A stretch of 64,000 bases of DNA from a virus. The DNA is taken from the IMG/VR virus record IMGVR_UViG_3300047585_000208, positions 64,001-128,000 of that record. The stretch is one strand, 5' to 3'. A program made the position numbers and the translations under genes. The notes beneath the pieces were generated by a model. The model did no database searches. It saw only the letters and a program-made list of their open reading frames with translations, and was not told where the DNA came from. Positions 38,170 to 47,681 of this stretch are shown here, in pieces; position 1 is the first letter of the stretch; every line of letters starts with the position of its first letter.

Positions 38170-38291
38170 GATATTTTCACCACAGCCTTTCCCTGCAGAC
38201 TATTTAACCATTGCCGATTATCTTGGTATTTTAGGTTTGCTGGGTATGTGGTTTGGCCTAATATTGTTCGTAACGAAGTGGTTAAGCAAAG

Positions 38292-38702
38292 ATGAGTGAA
38301 GAAGCTGTAAAGCTACCGTATTACTTGATCACAGCCTCAGAAGGCCAAGAGTCAACCTGCATATCCTTTAACGATCGCTGCGAGCTTGTCGCAGCGATTA
38401 AGGTGCTTAGGCAAAAGGTTAAGTCTGGTAGGCAGACGCGAATCTTTGTTATTCGTGGCGAGCGGCTTCAGACGACTGTTCCGCCTTACCCTTATTTGAT
38501 TGAGGTTGGTCAACAGCCAGTCGCGCTGTTTGACCATCCACAGATGGGGGTTGTTAGTGATAGCGGGGATCTTCTTGGCGATGTTCAAGTTAAGCAACCG
38601 CTTAGCGAGTATGTACTCGCGACTCAGGCCGCGATTGCCGAGCATAAGACGTTGATTGCTCAGGAGGAAGAAGAGGAAGAATTACTAGAGGATGAGAGCT
38701 GA
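38292..38702 (+). CDS. hypothetical protein with acidic tail
   Basis: 136-aa ORF. Confidence 0.65.
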   Translation: MSEEAVKLPYYLITASEGQESTCISFNDRCELVAAIKVLRQKVKSGRQTRIFVIRGERLQTTVPPYPYLIEVGQQPVALFDHPQMGVVSDSGDLLGDVQVKQPLSEYVLATQAAIAEHKTLIAQEEEEEELLEDES

Positions 38703-38747
38703 AATTAAGCTGTATTCGTTTCGTTATTAAGTAAGGCATTACTCATT

Positions 38748-38779
38748 AGCCAAAGGTCAACAAACCTTTGGCTTTTTTT
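38748..38779 (+). terminator. intrinsic terminator
   Basis: AGCCAAAGGT/ACCTTTGGCT stem plus T-run. Confidence 0.75.
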
Positions 38780-38935
38780 AAAGGAGGGTCGTAATGGAAA
38801 AGGCTTATTGTGCTAATCAGTTCAAGCTCTAAAATTTAGCCGTATTTGCGGCACTATTGTATGTAGAGCTCTATATGCTCTTTTAGCCAGACGATCCGGT
38901 AATCGTTTGGCTTTCTCTTTTAAGGGAGGACTCTC

Positions 38936-39481
38936 ATGTTTACGGCAATCAAGTCGTTCTTTACTCGTACGGCTGCGGCCTGTATTACGAGTGTCAAAGA
39001 CTCAATGCAGAGAATCGACAGCCGGTGGAAGCCGGTTCAAGCTGCTTTGGCCGCAGCAGCGGAAGCAACGGTTGGGGATACGGCAAAGGCCATTCCGACC
39101 AACATGCAGAACACGCGAGACGCGGCGAGATCTTACACAACCTCAGTTGTGCAGTTCGGCCTCACAGCCGGAGCAGCCGCCGTATTACTGCCGGCTGGGC
39201 TTGTGGCAACGTGCTTCTCCGCGACTGTGTTCGGTGTGGTCGAGACAGTCGCTATGGTGTATGCCATTCTCGAAGCCCTCTACCACGCGGTTGTCAATGG
39301 GCTTCGCGGCCGGACCTTGATCGAAGGACTGGTAGCACTAGCCGTAGCGGGCATCGCGGCTTATCTAGTTATGCAGTACAAGGTGGTTCAGCTGCCAATG
39401 CGCCTTGGCTGGTTTGTCTGGCGGAAGGCGTCTAGCTTTGGACTGCCCTGGTCACGGCGTACGGCTATCGTGGTCGCGTAA
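38936..39481 (+). CDS. membrane protein
   Basis: GGAGG RBS; hydrophobic segments. Confidence 0.7.
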   Translation: MFTAIKSFFTRTAAACITSVKDSMQRIDSRWKPVQAALAAAAEATVGDTAKAIPTNMQNTRDAARSYTTSVVQFGLTAGAAAVLLPAGLVATCFSATVFGVVETVAMVYAILEALYHAVVNGLRGRTLIEGLVALAVAGIAAYLVMQYKVVQLPMRLGWFVWRKASSFGLPWSRRTAIVVA

Positions 39482-39527
39482 CAAAACAACTCAAAGGTAC
39501 AATTTTATCGTCCCAAGGAGAATACGC

Positions 39528-40253
39528 ATGTTTAAGTCAATGCTTAGTCATGTTCGGCAGGCCTTTGTTGAGGCCAAAGCTGCAATCCTCGCAACAGTGC
39601 GGGAATTCGACGCAAGGCTTGCTCCAGAAGCCGCGGTGGGGGACCCGATTCTTGGACTCATCGCGACTGGTCAAAGCGGCTTGGCCGATTTCGGTAGCCC
39701 GCTGGGGGTTGATCAGCGGGCAGCTACTGAGCTTCGTCGAGTTTCTCATGCAGTCGGGATCTTGGCGCCTAACGCCCGGGTCAAACTCGAAGTGGCTGTC
39801 ATGCCCGTGATGAAGCTGGCTGTGAAAAGCAGCTGGTTCTTGCCCAGATGGCTCAGTGCTACGATTGTTAAGGTGACCGGTGGCATTCTTGGTACGGGGT
39901 TTGTTTTGGCCGACGGTGTTTTGCTTGCGCGTGCCTCGGTGAGCGCCGGCGCTGCAGCGTTTCTCAAGTGGTTTTACACAACAAAACCTTTTACGGTCAG
40001 TCACTACTTCGGATTAGTCGTTTCTCTTGGCGTCTATTACACGCTATTTAATTGCGTCTGTGGAATTGTGGGGTTTGTGTTGGGCGCTGGGTTTGAGCTG
40101 TTTTTACCTTTCGCCGTTACAGTGGCGATGGCAATTGGCACAGCCAGTCTGTTGTATTTGATAATGTTGGTAACACACTGGATAGTGATTGCTTCGAAAA
40201 GTTCAGTCAGGGCACGAGGCCCGGCTGAGGTTGTCGAGCCTTGGCCCGCATGA
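39528..40253 (+). CDS. multi-pass membrane protein
   Basis: AAGGAG RBS; several hydrophobic segments. Confidence 0.7.
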   Translation: MFKSMLSHVRQAFVEAKAAILATVREFDARLAPEAAVGDPILGLIATGQSGLADFGSPLGVDQRAATELRRVSHAVGILAPNARVKLEVAVMPVMKLAVKSSWFLPRWLSATIVKVTGGILGTGFVLADGVLLARASVSAGAAAFLKWFYTTKPFTVSHYFGLVVSLGVYYTLFNCVCGIVGFVLGAGFELFLPFAVTVAMAIGTASLLYLIMLVTHWIVIASKSSVRARGPAEVVEPWPA

Positions 40254-40616
40254 AATCAACTTATAGCCGGTAGCCCCAGCTACCGGTCTTTTCTTTTGGA
40301 GCTAACATGAACGACTTCTTTTCCGAGCTGCGGAAACTCGGGCATCGCGCTATGCTTTTGTGGTCGTTTATTAGGAGGTGGCGATGGCATCGTCGGCGCT
40401 TTAGTGTTTAACAGAGGAGGCAATGTGAAATATGTAACAACTATGATTGACATGTGGGTTATTACTTTTGTCGTTGGGGCGGCATCTGGCCTTTGGTGGC
40501 CTTGGATTTTGTGTAACGTCTATCTGGTTGGGATGCCAGCTTCGAAGCTTTACAACATGTCATCTGAATAAGCCCAGTAATCGCTAGACTGTATCGTTGT
40601 TGCCTAAGTTTCTCAT

Positions 40617-40648
40617 GAGCAGCCCTACCTAGGGCTGCTCTCTTTTTC
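40617..40648 (+). terminator. intrinsic terminator
   Basis: GAGCAGCCCT/AGGGCTGCTC stem plus T-run. Confidence 0.7.
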
Positions 40649-40715
40649 ATCGTCAGTCTGAATTTCTCTTAGTTCTGAGTAACGCATTACTCGGTTTTAA
40701 AAGGAGTACTGTTTT

Positions 40716-41177
40716 ATGCTGAAAACCAAAGAGAGCCCATTTTGGCTTCAGTTCAGTTGTACTTGGCGACGACTGATTTTCCGGAGTGTGTTGCTGATTT
40801 TTAACGTCGTCAACTATCTCGCGAACTTGCTTATCCAGTTAGAGCCAGTTTACATACCGCTGTGCACGGTATTTGGTTTGTTATTTGGGTGGTCAACTAC
40901 CGAAACGTTTCTTGGAACTGTTATTGGTGGCGTGTCTGGGCTGGCGTTGGCTATCTTGGCTTATCAACCCGTAAGGATTTTGTCGTGTGTCGCTTGTTGG
41001 CTTAGTGAAAGAGCTTTTGCTAGCTACATGGTCGCGGCGGGTAAGTGGATTGCCTATACAAAGGAACAAGCATTGATAGCTTGTGAACGGTCACGTGCTT
41101 TACAGGAAAAGAAGTACCAGTTTGCAGTGTTTGGAGATGCAGACCCAACCAGTCCAAATTACGACCAGAGCGCATAA
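40716..41177 (+). CDS. membrane protein
   Basis: RBS after a palindrome; hydrophobic. Confidence 0.7.
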   Translation: MLKTKESPFWLQFSCTWRRLIFRSVLLIFNVVNYLANLLIQLEPVYIPLCTVFGLLFGWSTTETFLGTVIGGVSGLALAILAYQPVRILSCVACWLSERAFASYMVAAGKWIAYTKEQALIACERSRALQEKKYQFAVFGDADPTSPNYDQSA

Positions 41178-41181
41178 CTTG

Positions 41182-41304
41182 ACAGCCCTTAATTAGGCAG
41201 CACCACGCTAGTTTCGACCTCTTGGCAGCGGTCGAAATGGCTAGGTAGTGGTATGTCTAGCCACCTTTGGCGAGCTGGAGTGGTGCTGCCTAATTAAGGG
41301 CTGT
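41182..41304. ncRNA. candidate structured RNA / branched hairpin
   Basis: Perfect 25-bp outer inverted repeat enclosing two inner hairpins. Confidence 0.45.
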
Positions 41305-41340
41305 TTGAGTAATGCATTACTCAATTTTGAAAGGAGACCT

Positions 41341-41622
41341 GTGTTAGTTGCGAGCATGTTAGAAAACGGAGACGGCCTTTCTAACGGAAGTGGGCCGTAT
41401 AAAGAACACTGGCGTTCGCGGCTCAGTTATGCCGATTATGGCCGGCCTAACGGTACTGGCTATGGCGACGGAATGATTGGAGGTTACGGTGATCGTGCCA
41501 TGACGGGGTATGGTGCTGGAAACTCGGCGGAGTGTTTTGGAAATGGAATAGGACAAGGTCAGAGTGGCGGTCAAGTTATTTTTACTTCCGATCTCGGAGT
41601 TCACTGTATAAGTTTTACCTAA
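41341..41622 (+). CDS. small Gly-rich protein
   Basis: AAGGAG RBS, GTG start; palindromes on both sides. Confidence 0.7.
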   Translation: MLVASMLENGDGLSNGSGPYKEHWRSRLSYADYGRPNGTGYGDGMIGGYGDRAMTGYGAGNSAECFGNGIGQGQSGGQVIFTSDLGVHCISFT

Positions 41623-41656
41623 GTAACGCATTACTCAACTTCAAAGGAGCAGCATT

Positions 41657-41887
41657 ATGACCCAGTGGGAGTACGACACCCATCAAGCGATTGAAGCAAC
41701 GGAAAACGCATTTTATTTGATTGCGTTTGGAATGACCATCCTCGGGGTGGTAGTTGGAGTTCTTTTGGACGAATCAGTTGCGGCAGCGTTTGTGTTTGCT
41801 TGTTTGGGGTTTTGTTTGTCGTTTGTAGTGTACACAGTGTGTGTGGCTATTTGGGTAGAGCGTCGCGATCAGAAGAGGCCTAAATGA
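41657..41887 (+). CDS. small two-TM membrane protein
   Basis: RBS after a palindrome. Confidence 0.65.
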   Translation: MTQWEYDTHQAIEATENAFYLIAFGMTILGVVVGVLLDESVAAAFVFACLGFCLSFVVYTVCVAIWVERRDQKRPK

Positions 41888-42004
41888 TTAGCGCTTCGAG
41901 GCGTTAGTTGTTTTCTTTTGTTTCTGTTTTGCTTTTTAGCTTTCGTCTGTCTACTACTGGTTGTGGTAGGCAGTTTGTGTCAGTTTCTCTAACAAGGAGT
42001 TCCC

Positions 42005-42697
42005 GTGAAGAAGTTCATTGCGATTTTGTGTTTCTTTTGTTTGGCCAACCCTGGGTTTACTCAGGTGACCACAACCGGGGTTGGGACTGTGTACGCCAAG
42101 CCTGATTGCGCACAACTCGTTTTCACTGTCACAACAGAGAACGTTGAGGCCAGTAAAGCCCTTAAGCTCAACAATCAGTACTCTGACTCGCTTTTTCAAA
42201 TAATGAAAGTGCGAGCTGTCGACGAGAAAGACATTGCTACGGTCAATTTTCAGATTTATCCATTTTCTATTAAAAAGCCTTTTAGCTACGAGGTAACGCA
42301 CACGGTCGGCGTTAAGGTTCGTGACCTGAAAAATATCGGCGCTTTAATCGATAAAACGGTAACGATCATTGCTCTTGTTGATCAAAAGGAAGCTCGGATC
42401 ACGGTTAGTTCGCTAGATTTCGAGATTAGTGACTCGTCGAAACTACAAGAAAAAGCGCGGGCAATCGCGGTGGCTGACGCCAAGTATAAAGCTCAAGAAT
42501 TGACGAACAACGCTGAAGTCAAACTTGGGCAGCTTATGCTGATTACGGAAAGCCATCACGAATCTAATTTTGTGAGTCGTTCGATGCTAGCTAATGTATC
42601 TGGAGGTAATGATACATCCGTTATGGCCGGTACACGGGCGATTCAGGTTCATGTGAATATGACTTGGGCCATTCAACCAACTAACACCAAAAAATAA
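42005..42697 (+). CDS. SIMPL (DUF541) domain protein with signal peptide
   Basis: VTTTGVGTVYAKPD and ARAIAVADAKYKAQEL...LGQL motifs. Confidence 0.85.
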   Translation: MKKFIAILCFFCLANPGFTQVTTTGVGTVYAKPDCAQLVFTVTTENVEASKALKLNNQYSDSLFQIMKVRAVDEKDIATVNFQIYPFSIKKPFSYEVTHTVGVKVRDLKNIGALIDKTVTIIALVDQKEARITVSSLDFEISDSSKLQEKARAIAVADAKYKAQELTNNAEVKLGQLMLITESHHESNFVSRSMLANVSGGNDTSVMAGTRAIQVHVNMTWAIQPTNTKK

Positions 42698-42854
42698 AAG
42701 GAGGAGCTTCTTCAACTCTAAGTTTTTTCTGAAGCATGTCTAGCTGCTAGTTGTCATGCCAGCAATTAGCAGCTTTGTTCGTTAGACGCAACTTGCGTAA
42801 GTTGCCGATCCAGTAACGGATGCCACGATGCATCCTTGGCAGGAGGTTACCTCG

Positions 42855-44540
42855 ATGTCAGGACTAGTCTCGGTCGAAAGCCACCGGCAGCATGAATTCC
42901 ACGTCGCTATGCAGACTCAAGATGGTCTCTTAGGCGGGTCAGCTATGGCCGCGGACGTGGCATTTGGCAGCTCTATAGTAGAGCCTTTGTCGGAGTCCAT
43001 CGAAGAGGCATTGACGGAGTCCCTTGATGCGCAGCCATCACCGGCTCCATTTAAGTCTTTGATTGATGAGAAGCTGTTGATTGAGTGTCTTGAAGCTGGG
43101 TGTCCGTGGCCAGCGGAGCTCGACGAGGTTTGGAATAAGGCGGAGCCTTATCAGGTTAGCCAGACTTTGCGCCATTTGCGAGTTCGTGAGCGGCTTTATT
43201 CTGGCATTCCCGACGAGTGGCGCAACGTGAACGGTGAAGTTCCGCTTTTGTCAGATGTTGTTTATCGGCGAAACTTGATCTCTATTCCGAAAGCCGCGGA
43301 GCTTGTTGAGGCACTGCAAAAGCAATTCGCGATTGCCATTTCTGCTTTCCAGCCGCGTACGCAGCGGCTTCTTTTGCATGCTTATGAAGTTGTTATCCAG
43401 CCGTTCTCGATCGGAGAGAACACGATGAGCCTTTGGGGATTGACCTTTATTCACCGGACCGAACCTCACTTTTCCTCAAAGTTCGTTCCGATGAAAGACG
43501 TTCTCGCGGTATCTCTGACCTATCGGGTTACTCGTGAGTACACCAACAAAACTTCCCCAGCTTGGGACATTAAACTGCACGAGTTTACTGTCGATCCTGC
43601 AACTGGCTGTGTGTATTGTGGGGGGTTCTACGGAAAACGGACAAATCAGCCGCCAAAAGGACCGGTGGCGCAGTTTTCGAGGTGTGCTTTGGGTAAGTAT
43701 TGGATGCTTACTCCAAAACCGGGTAATACGCGCCGGCACTTGGACGAGTCGTACACTAACGTGTTCGATGCCGGCCTCTCGCTATCTAGGATGATCGAGC
43801 GAGCGGCCTGTCATAAAGCGCGTGTAAAGGCTGCGCCAGATTTTCCAGCGGTTTACATAGCGTTCGCTTCGGCCGAGGATGCTATTCCGGAAATGAACGA
43901 GGATAGATCGACTGGCTGGGAATGGTCGGAAGAGCTCAAGGAGGCAACTCTTCAGCGGGTGCGCGCATGGTGCTATGCCGGCAAGGAAAAGCCGATTATC
44001 GCTGGTAAGGAAAAGTCCGAGAAGCTTGAAGCAGTTTGTGCACAGATCAAGGCTGATCTGATGGAAGTTCCTCGGTCTTGGGATGATCTCGAACGGCAGC
44101 TTCTTCGAAGGTCGGATACTGGAGAAGTGAATGTCAAGTTCCTGTTGGGGGAGGCCTGGATAGCTGCTGAAGAGCAGGTAGACGGGCTTGTCTTGGTTCC
44201 GTGGGCATTTATCTGTCCCGAAGCTTTGCCAAGTGTTTTCAGCAAATCCAAGGGGGTTTATCTGCGGATGGACGACAGTCTCATGGGTAGGGAAACTTGG
44301 CATACCAACGCTATGTACGTAGATGGTCGCATTACTGACGACTTGGGCAACACGATTGACAAGTCGTATTACGACTATAGCGCTGAGCTTAGGGTTGACC
44401 ATCAGCACGCGGCACCGCAGCCGCATCGGCAGTTTCGTGCGAATGAGTGGAATGTGGAGAACGAAAGTCAGGGGATTATCTACAACTTCGATGATGCCCC
44501 TGCGGGCCAGGAGAAGCATTTTCAGCGTCCCGGGTATTAA
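42855..44540 (+). CDS. large hypothetical protein
   Basis: AGGAGG RBS; about 560 aa. Confidence 0.75.
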   Translation: MSGLVSVESHRQHEFHVAMQTQDGLLGGSAMAADVAFGSSIVEPLSESIEEALTESLDAQPSPAPFKSLIDEKLLIECLEAGCPWPAELDEVWNKAEPYQVSQTLRHLRVRERLYSGIPDEWRNVNGEVPLLSDVVYRRNLISIPKAAELVEALQKQFAIAISAFQPRTQRLLLHAYEVVIQPFSIGENTMSLWGLTFIHRTEPHFSSKFVPMKDVLAVSLTYRVTREYTNKTSPAWDIKLHEFTVDPATGCVYCGGFYGKRTNQPPKGPVAQFSRCALGKYWMLTPKPGNTRRHLDESYTNVFDAGLSLSRMIERAACHKARVKAAPDFPAVYIAFASAEDAIPEMNEDRSTGWEWSEELKEATLQRVRAWCYAGKEKPIIAGKEKSEKLEAVCAQIKADLMEVPRSWDDLERQLLRRSDTGEVNVKFLLGEAWIAAEEQVDGLVLVPWAFICPEALPSVFSKSKGVYLRMDDSLMGRETWHTNAMYVDGRITDDLGNTIDKSYYDYSAELRVDHQHAAPQPHRQFRANEWNVENESQGIIYNFDDAPAGQEKHFQRPGY

Positions 44541-44552
44541 TTGAAGGTTTAT

Positions 44553-44582
44553 GCCGCCTGCCCAGGGCGGCTTTTCTTGTTT
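44553..44582 (+). terminator. intrinsic terminator
   Basis: GCCGCC...GGCGGC stem plus TTTTCTTGTTT. Confidence 0.7.
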
Positions 44583-44644
44583 TGAGTAATGCATTACTCA
44601 AAAGATTGATTTTCTGAAGCAGCTCTCTAAAAGGAGTTTGAATC

Positions 44645-45355
44645 ATGCTGACAGCCGGATTTGGGCCATCGATTGGCATTTGGGTTTTGATCGGTTTGGC
44701 GCTGTGGTTTTTGGGGGATTTGATAAAGCTGCTTGTTCGAGTAAAAAACGATGTAGCTGCCCCAGTTGATGATGACTTCCTGAATAACCGAACGATCGAT
44801 ATTGAAGTGAACTTCTGCTATCAGTACACGATTACACAGGCGTTTCCACTTCATACGACAGTTAGAACGGCGCTAAAGAAAACAATTAACGAAGAGGATG
44901 TTAGCCCGTTAGATTGCCCGGATTTATTTCGGATATCGGTGCGCTCTCATTCTGGTGGGTTGATTTTGCCGTGGAAGAGCCCACGTGAGGCGATACTTGA
45001 TTTAAAACTGAAGAACAAAGACTATATTAAAGTCGAGAATGTTAAGCCAGCACCGAGTAGTAAACATCCAGAAGAAATTAAAGTCTGGTTGATCAGCGCC
45101 CAAGCCGGTAGCAAAACTCATTCAGTCAATATGCCGGCTAGATCTACTGTTTATGATTTGATTATTCGGCAGGTCTACCTAGATCCTGTGCTTACGCAGT
45201 GCAATCCTATTAATGAGCCGGAGGAGTTTAGAATTCAGTTGTACAGGGTCGACTCAATGGGGATTCGCATGGGGCCTTCCGATATTTGTCTCGCTACTAT
45301 TCTTCAAGCCGACGACCAGGTCTATCTTCTCTCGTCAAAGCTTCTAGGCGGCTAG
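44645..45355 (+). CDS. membrane-anchored protein with two putative ubiquitin-like (beta-grasp) domains and C-terminal GG
   Basis: N-terminal TM; two repeats with a Ub-like pattern; ends ...LQADDQVYLLSSKLLGG. Confidence 0.5.
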   Translation: MLTAGFGPSIGIWVLIGLALWFLGDLIKLLVRVKNDVAAPVDDDFLNNRTIDIEVNFCYQYTITQAFPLHTTVRTALKKTINEEDVSPLDCPDLFRISVRSHSGGLILPWKSPREAILDLKLKNKDYIKVENVKPAPSSKHPEEIKVWLISAQAGSKTHSVNMPARSTVYDLIIRQVYLDPVLTQCNPINEPEEFRIQLYRVDSMGIRMGPSDICLATILQADDQVYLLSSKLLGG

Positions 45356-45357
45356 GC

Positions 45358-45409
45358 TTGCCTAGCCGATTAGTTTCTGCTATACTGCCTTAGCAGAAAC
45401 TAATCGGCT
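45358..45409 (+). promoter_or_regulatory. sigma70-like promoter overlapped by a 19-bp inverted repeat
   Basis: TTGCCT-N17-TATACT; IR AGCCGATTAGTTTCTGCTA/TAGCAGAAACTAATCGGCT. Confidence 0.5.
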
Positions 45410-45424
45410 TTCTAGGAGCTCTAA

Positions 45425-46498
45425 ATGCAAACAAGTCTGTCGTCTATTCTTGGGACGTATAAGCAAGGCATTCCTCAAGGTAAAGAGGAATTTGACCTTC
45501 GTACTCCGAATCCGTCGAAATACCACGATCCTCGTTCAATGCGACTTGGTACAACTGGTGACGCCATTGTAGAATCCCTTTTCAATAGAACCTCGGCAAA
45601 AGGAAGCCACGCTGGATGCGTTATGATTCCGCATTCGACCCAAGGTGGAGCCCCAATGGGCTTCTCTCCAGAAACTGCAGTTCAGCAGGTCTTTATTGAC
45701 CCAGAGCTGAACAACAAATCAATCCAAGTTTCCATAAAGGATATGCGCGAGCAGCCAGAGTTTCTAGCTCGTACAGTTAAAGAAGCTCGCAGTACTATTG
45801 CGAATCCAGCAGATGCCGCGATTATGGCTTATGGGCAGTTTTCTAAGATCACGACTCCGGGATATGATCCTGTTGAGATAACGATCCAAAGGGGTAATCA
45901 AGAAATGGCGGGGTTAGGCTCTGATTTACCGCCTTTGCCAGATAACGTTTACGTGGTCTCAAATAAGTCTGTTCAAGTAGCTCCTCAAACAAGCGGGTTT
46001 TCCAAGCAAGCTTTGTCGGTTCCGGAACCTTCAAGGCAGTCGGCACAGCCGGCGGCGGTGGTTCCCTCGTTGGGTCCTCCTTTTCCACCGCCGCCGGTTA
46101 TTCAAATTCCAGAGCCAGTTTCAACGCAACTGAGGTCGGTGAAAGAGATGTTTGAAGAAGAGAGGCCTAACCCTATTCAACTGCAGCCATTGGTCAACTT
46201 GACTTCGATTGTGTTTGATCTTGGAGAACTAGGGGATTTCACCTGTTCGTATCACTCGATACTTAAGACGGCTGTAGAAGGATCGCCAGCAACGCTTGTT
46301 CTGGTTTATGACCATAATAAACCTATGCAAATGCGGTGGTTTCCTCCTTGCCGCGAGGTAAATGGTGAGCCACAGCAGATTTTGGCGCTCTACGAGCGTG
46401 TAGCTTACAAGCTGTTCGCGACTGGAATTCGGTTCAAGGATGGCTCGAAAGAGTACTGTGTTTTGACGATTGATCAGGAAAGGTCGGTATCGAAATGA
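45425..46498 (+). CDS. hypothetical protein with Pro-rich linker
   Basis: 357-aa ORF with AGGAG RBS. Confidence 0.75.
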   Translation: MQTSLSSILGTYKQGIPQGKEEFDLRTPNPSKYHDPRSMRLGTTGDAIVESLFNRTSAKGSHAGCVMIPHSTQGGAPMGFSPETAVQQVFIDPELNNKSIQVSIKDMREQPEFLARTVKEARSTIANPADAAIMAYGQFSKITTPGYDPVEITIQRGNQEMAGLGSDLPPLPDNVYVVSNKSVQVAPQTSGFSKQALSVPEPSRQSAQPAAVVPSLGPPFPPPPVIQIPEPVSTQLRSVKEMFEEERPNPIQLQPLVNLTSIVFDLGELGDFTCSYHSILKTAVEGSPATLVLVYDHNKPMQMRWFPPCREVNGEPQQILALYERVAYKLFATGIRFKDGSKEYCVLTIDQERSVSK

Positions 46499-46705
46499 AT
46501 AAGGTTGGAAAGATCGAAGTTGGCGTGACTCCTGTCGAAGAGCACGATGGTGAGAAGGTTGCTGGAGAGCAGTTGGAAGATCATCTCATGACTAGGTTGG
46601 CTGAAAAGGTGGAGAAGAAAAGCGCTGAAGTTGGGCAGCGGAGCATTAAAGACAAGTAGAATGAGTTGAGTAACGCATTACTCAACTTTCTATTTGGAGC
46701 TAGTT

Positions 46706-47632
46706 ATGGCGCTTAAAGAAATTCACATTCCGCACCTTGGACACACTGTGAAGATGGGGCGTAAGCGCCCTGTCGCTAAGGGGCTTCGGCTTAAGTTTAG
46801 CCGCTATCTGAAGAATAGTTTGCCTACTCCACCGGCTTCGGTTGATTATTCTGCTAATGCATCTTCTGCGATTAGTCAGATGTATCTCAACGACCAGCTG
46901 GGTGACTGCGTTATTGCATGTATGGGGCACACTATTGGCGTTTTGACCGGTAATGCGACCGGTTCGGCGCAAACTCTTACTCAAGCGCAAGTTCTAGCTC
47001 TTTATGAAGCTATTGGTGGTTACGTTCCTGGCGAGCCCTCTACAGACCAAGGCTGCGATGAACAGACAGCTTTGAATTATTGGATGCAAAATGGAGCGCC
47101 AAACGGTGGAACTAAGATTCTTGGGTATTTGTCTGTTGATATTCAAAACCCGACCGAGTATCGAACCGCCCTATGGCTTTTTGAGAATTTGATTTTTGGC
47201 CTTGAATTGCCCGATGCTTGGGTTCAGAACCCAACGCCCGGGTTTGTTTGGGGGCCTGGAACGCCTGATGAAGCAAATGGACACTGTATCGGAGGAGTTG
47301 GTTATTCGTCTGCCGGTATTAAAGTCATGACGTGGGGCATGACTGGAACTATTACTGATGCAGCTATTGCTGAAGTAATGGCTCCGCAATATGGTGGGGA
47401 AATGTGGGTTGTGCTAGATCCTGACCAAATTGCAAAAGGTCAAGCGATTGCCCCCAACGGCATTAATTGGGATTTGTTGATTTCTGATTTCGACGCCATG
47501 GGTGGAAACGTTCCAGTTCCTGTAACGCCCCCGCCACCACCCCCGCCGCCCGTAAATCCCCCGGCACCTTCTGCGACAACCATCACATTGTCCGCCGATA
47601 TGCCGGCCGGAACTTACACTGTTTCGCAATAA
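46706..47632 (+). CDS. papain-like (C1-type) cysteine peptidase
   Basis: NDQLGDC, GHC and TWG motifs; poly-Pro tail. Confidence 0.75.
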   Translation: MALKEIHIPHLGHTVKMGRKRPVAKGLRLKFSRYLKNSLPTPPASVDYSANASSAISQMYLNDQLGDCVIACMGHTIGVLTGNATGSAQTLTQAQVLALYEAIGGYVPGEPSTDQGCDEQTALNYWMQNGAPNGGTKILGYLSVDIQNPTEYRTALWLFENLIFGLELPDAWVQNPTPGFVWGPGTPDEANGHCIGGVGYSSAGIKVMTWGMTGTITDAAIAEVMAPQYGGEMWVVLDPDQIAKGQAIAPNGINWDLLISDFDAMGGNVPVPVTPPPPPPPPVNPPAPSATTITLSADMPAGTYTVSQ

Positions 47633-47681
47633 TGGTCTCGCCAGCTAAAGCTGGGAGCTAACATCTGCCAAAGGTGCCGCA

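Noticed and set aside
41182-41304. tRNA gene
   Set aside because: No T-loop GTTCRA or acceptor-stem geometry, and the outer stem is far too long.
43782-44594. 270-aa minus-strand ORF, and other minus-strand ORFs such as 63219..63962 and 62583..63188
   Set aside because: They are antisense shadows of well-supported plus-strand genes, with no motifs.
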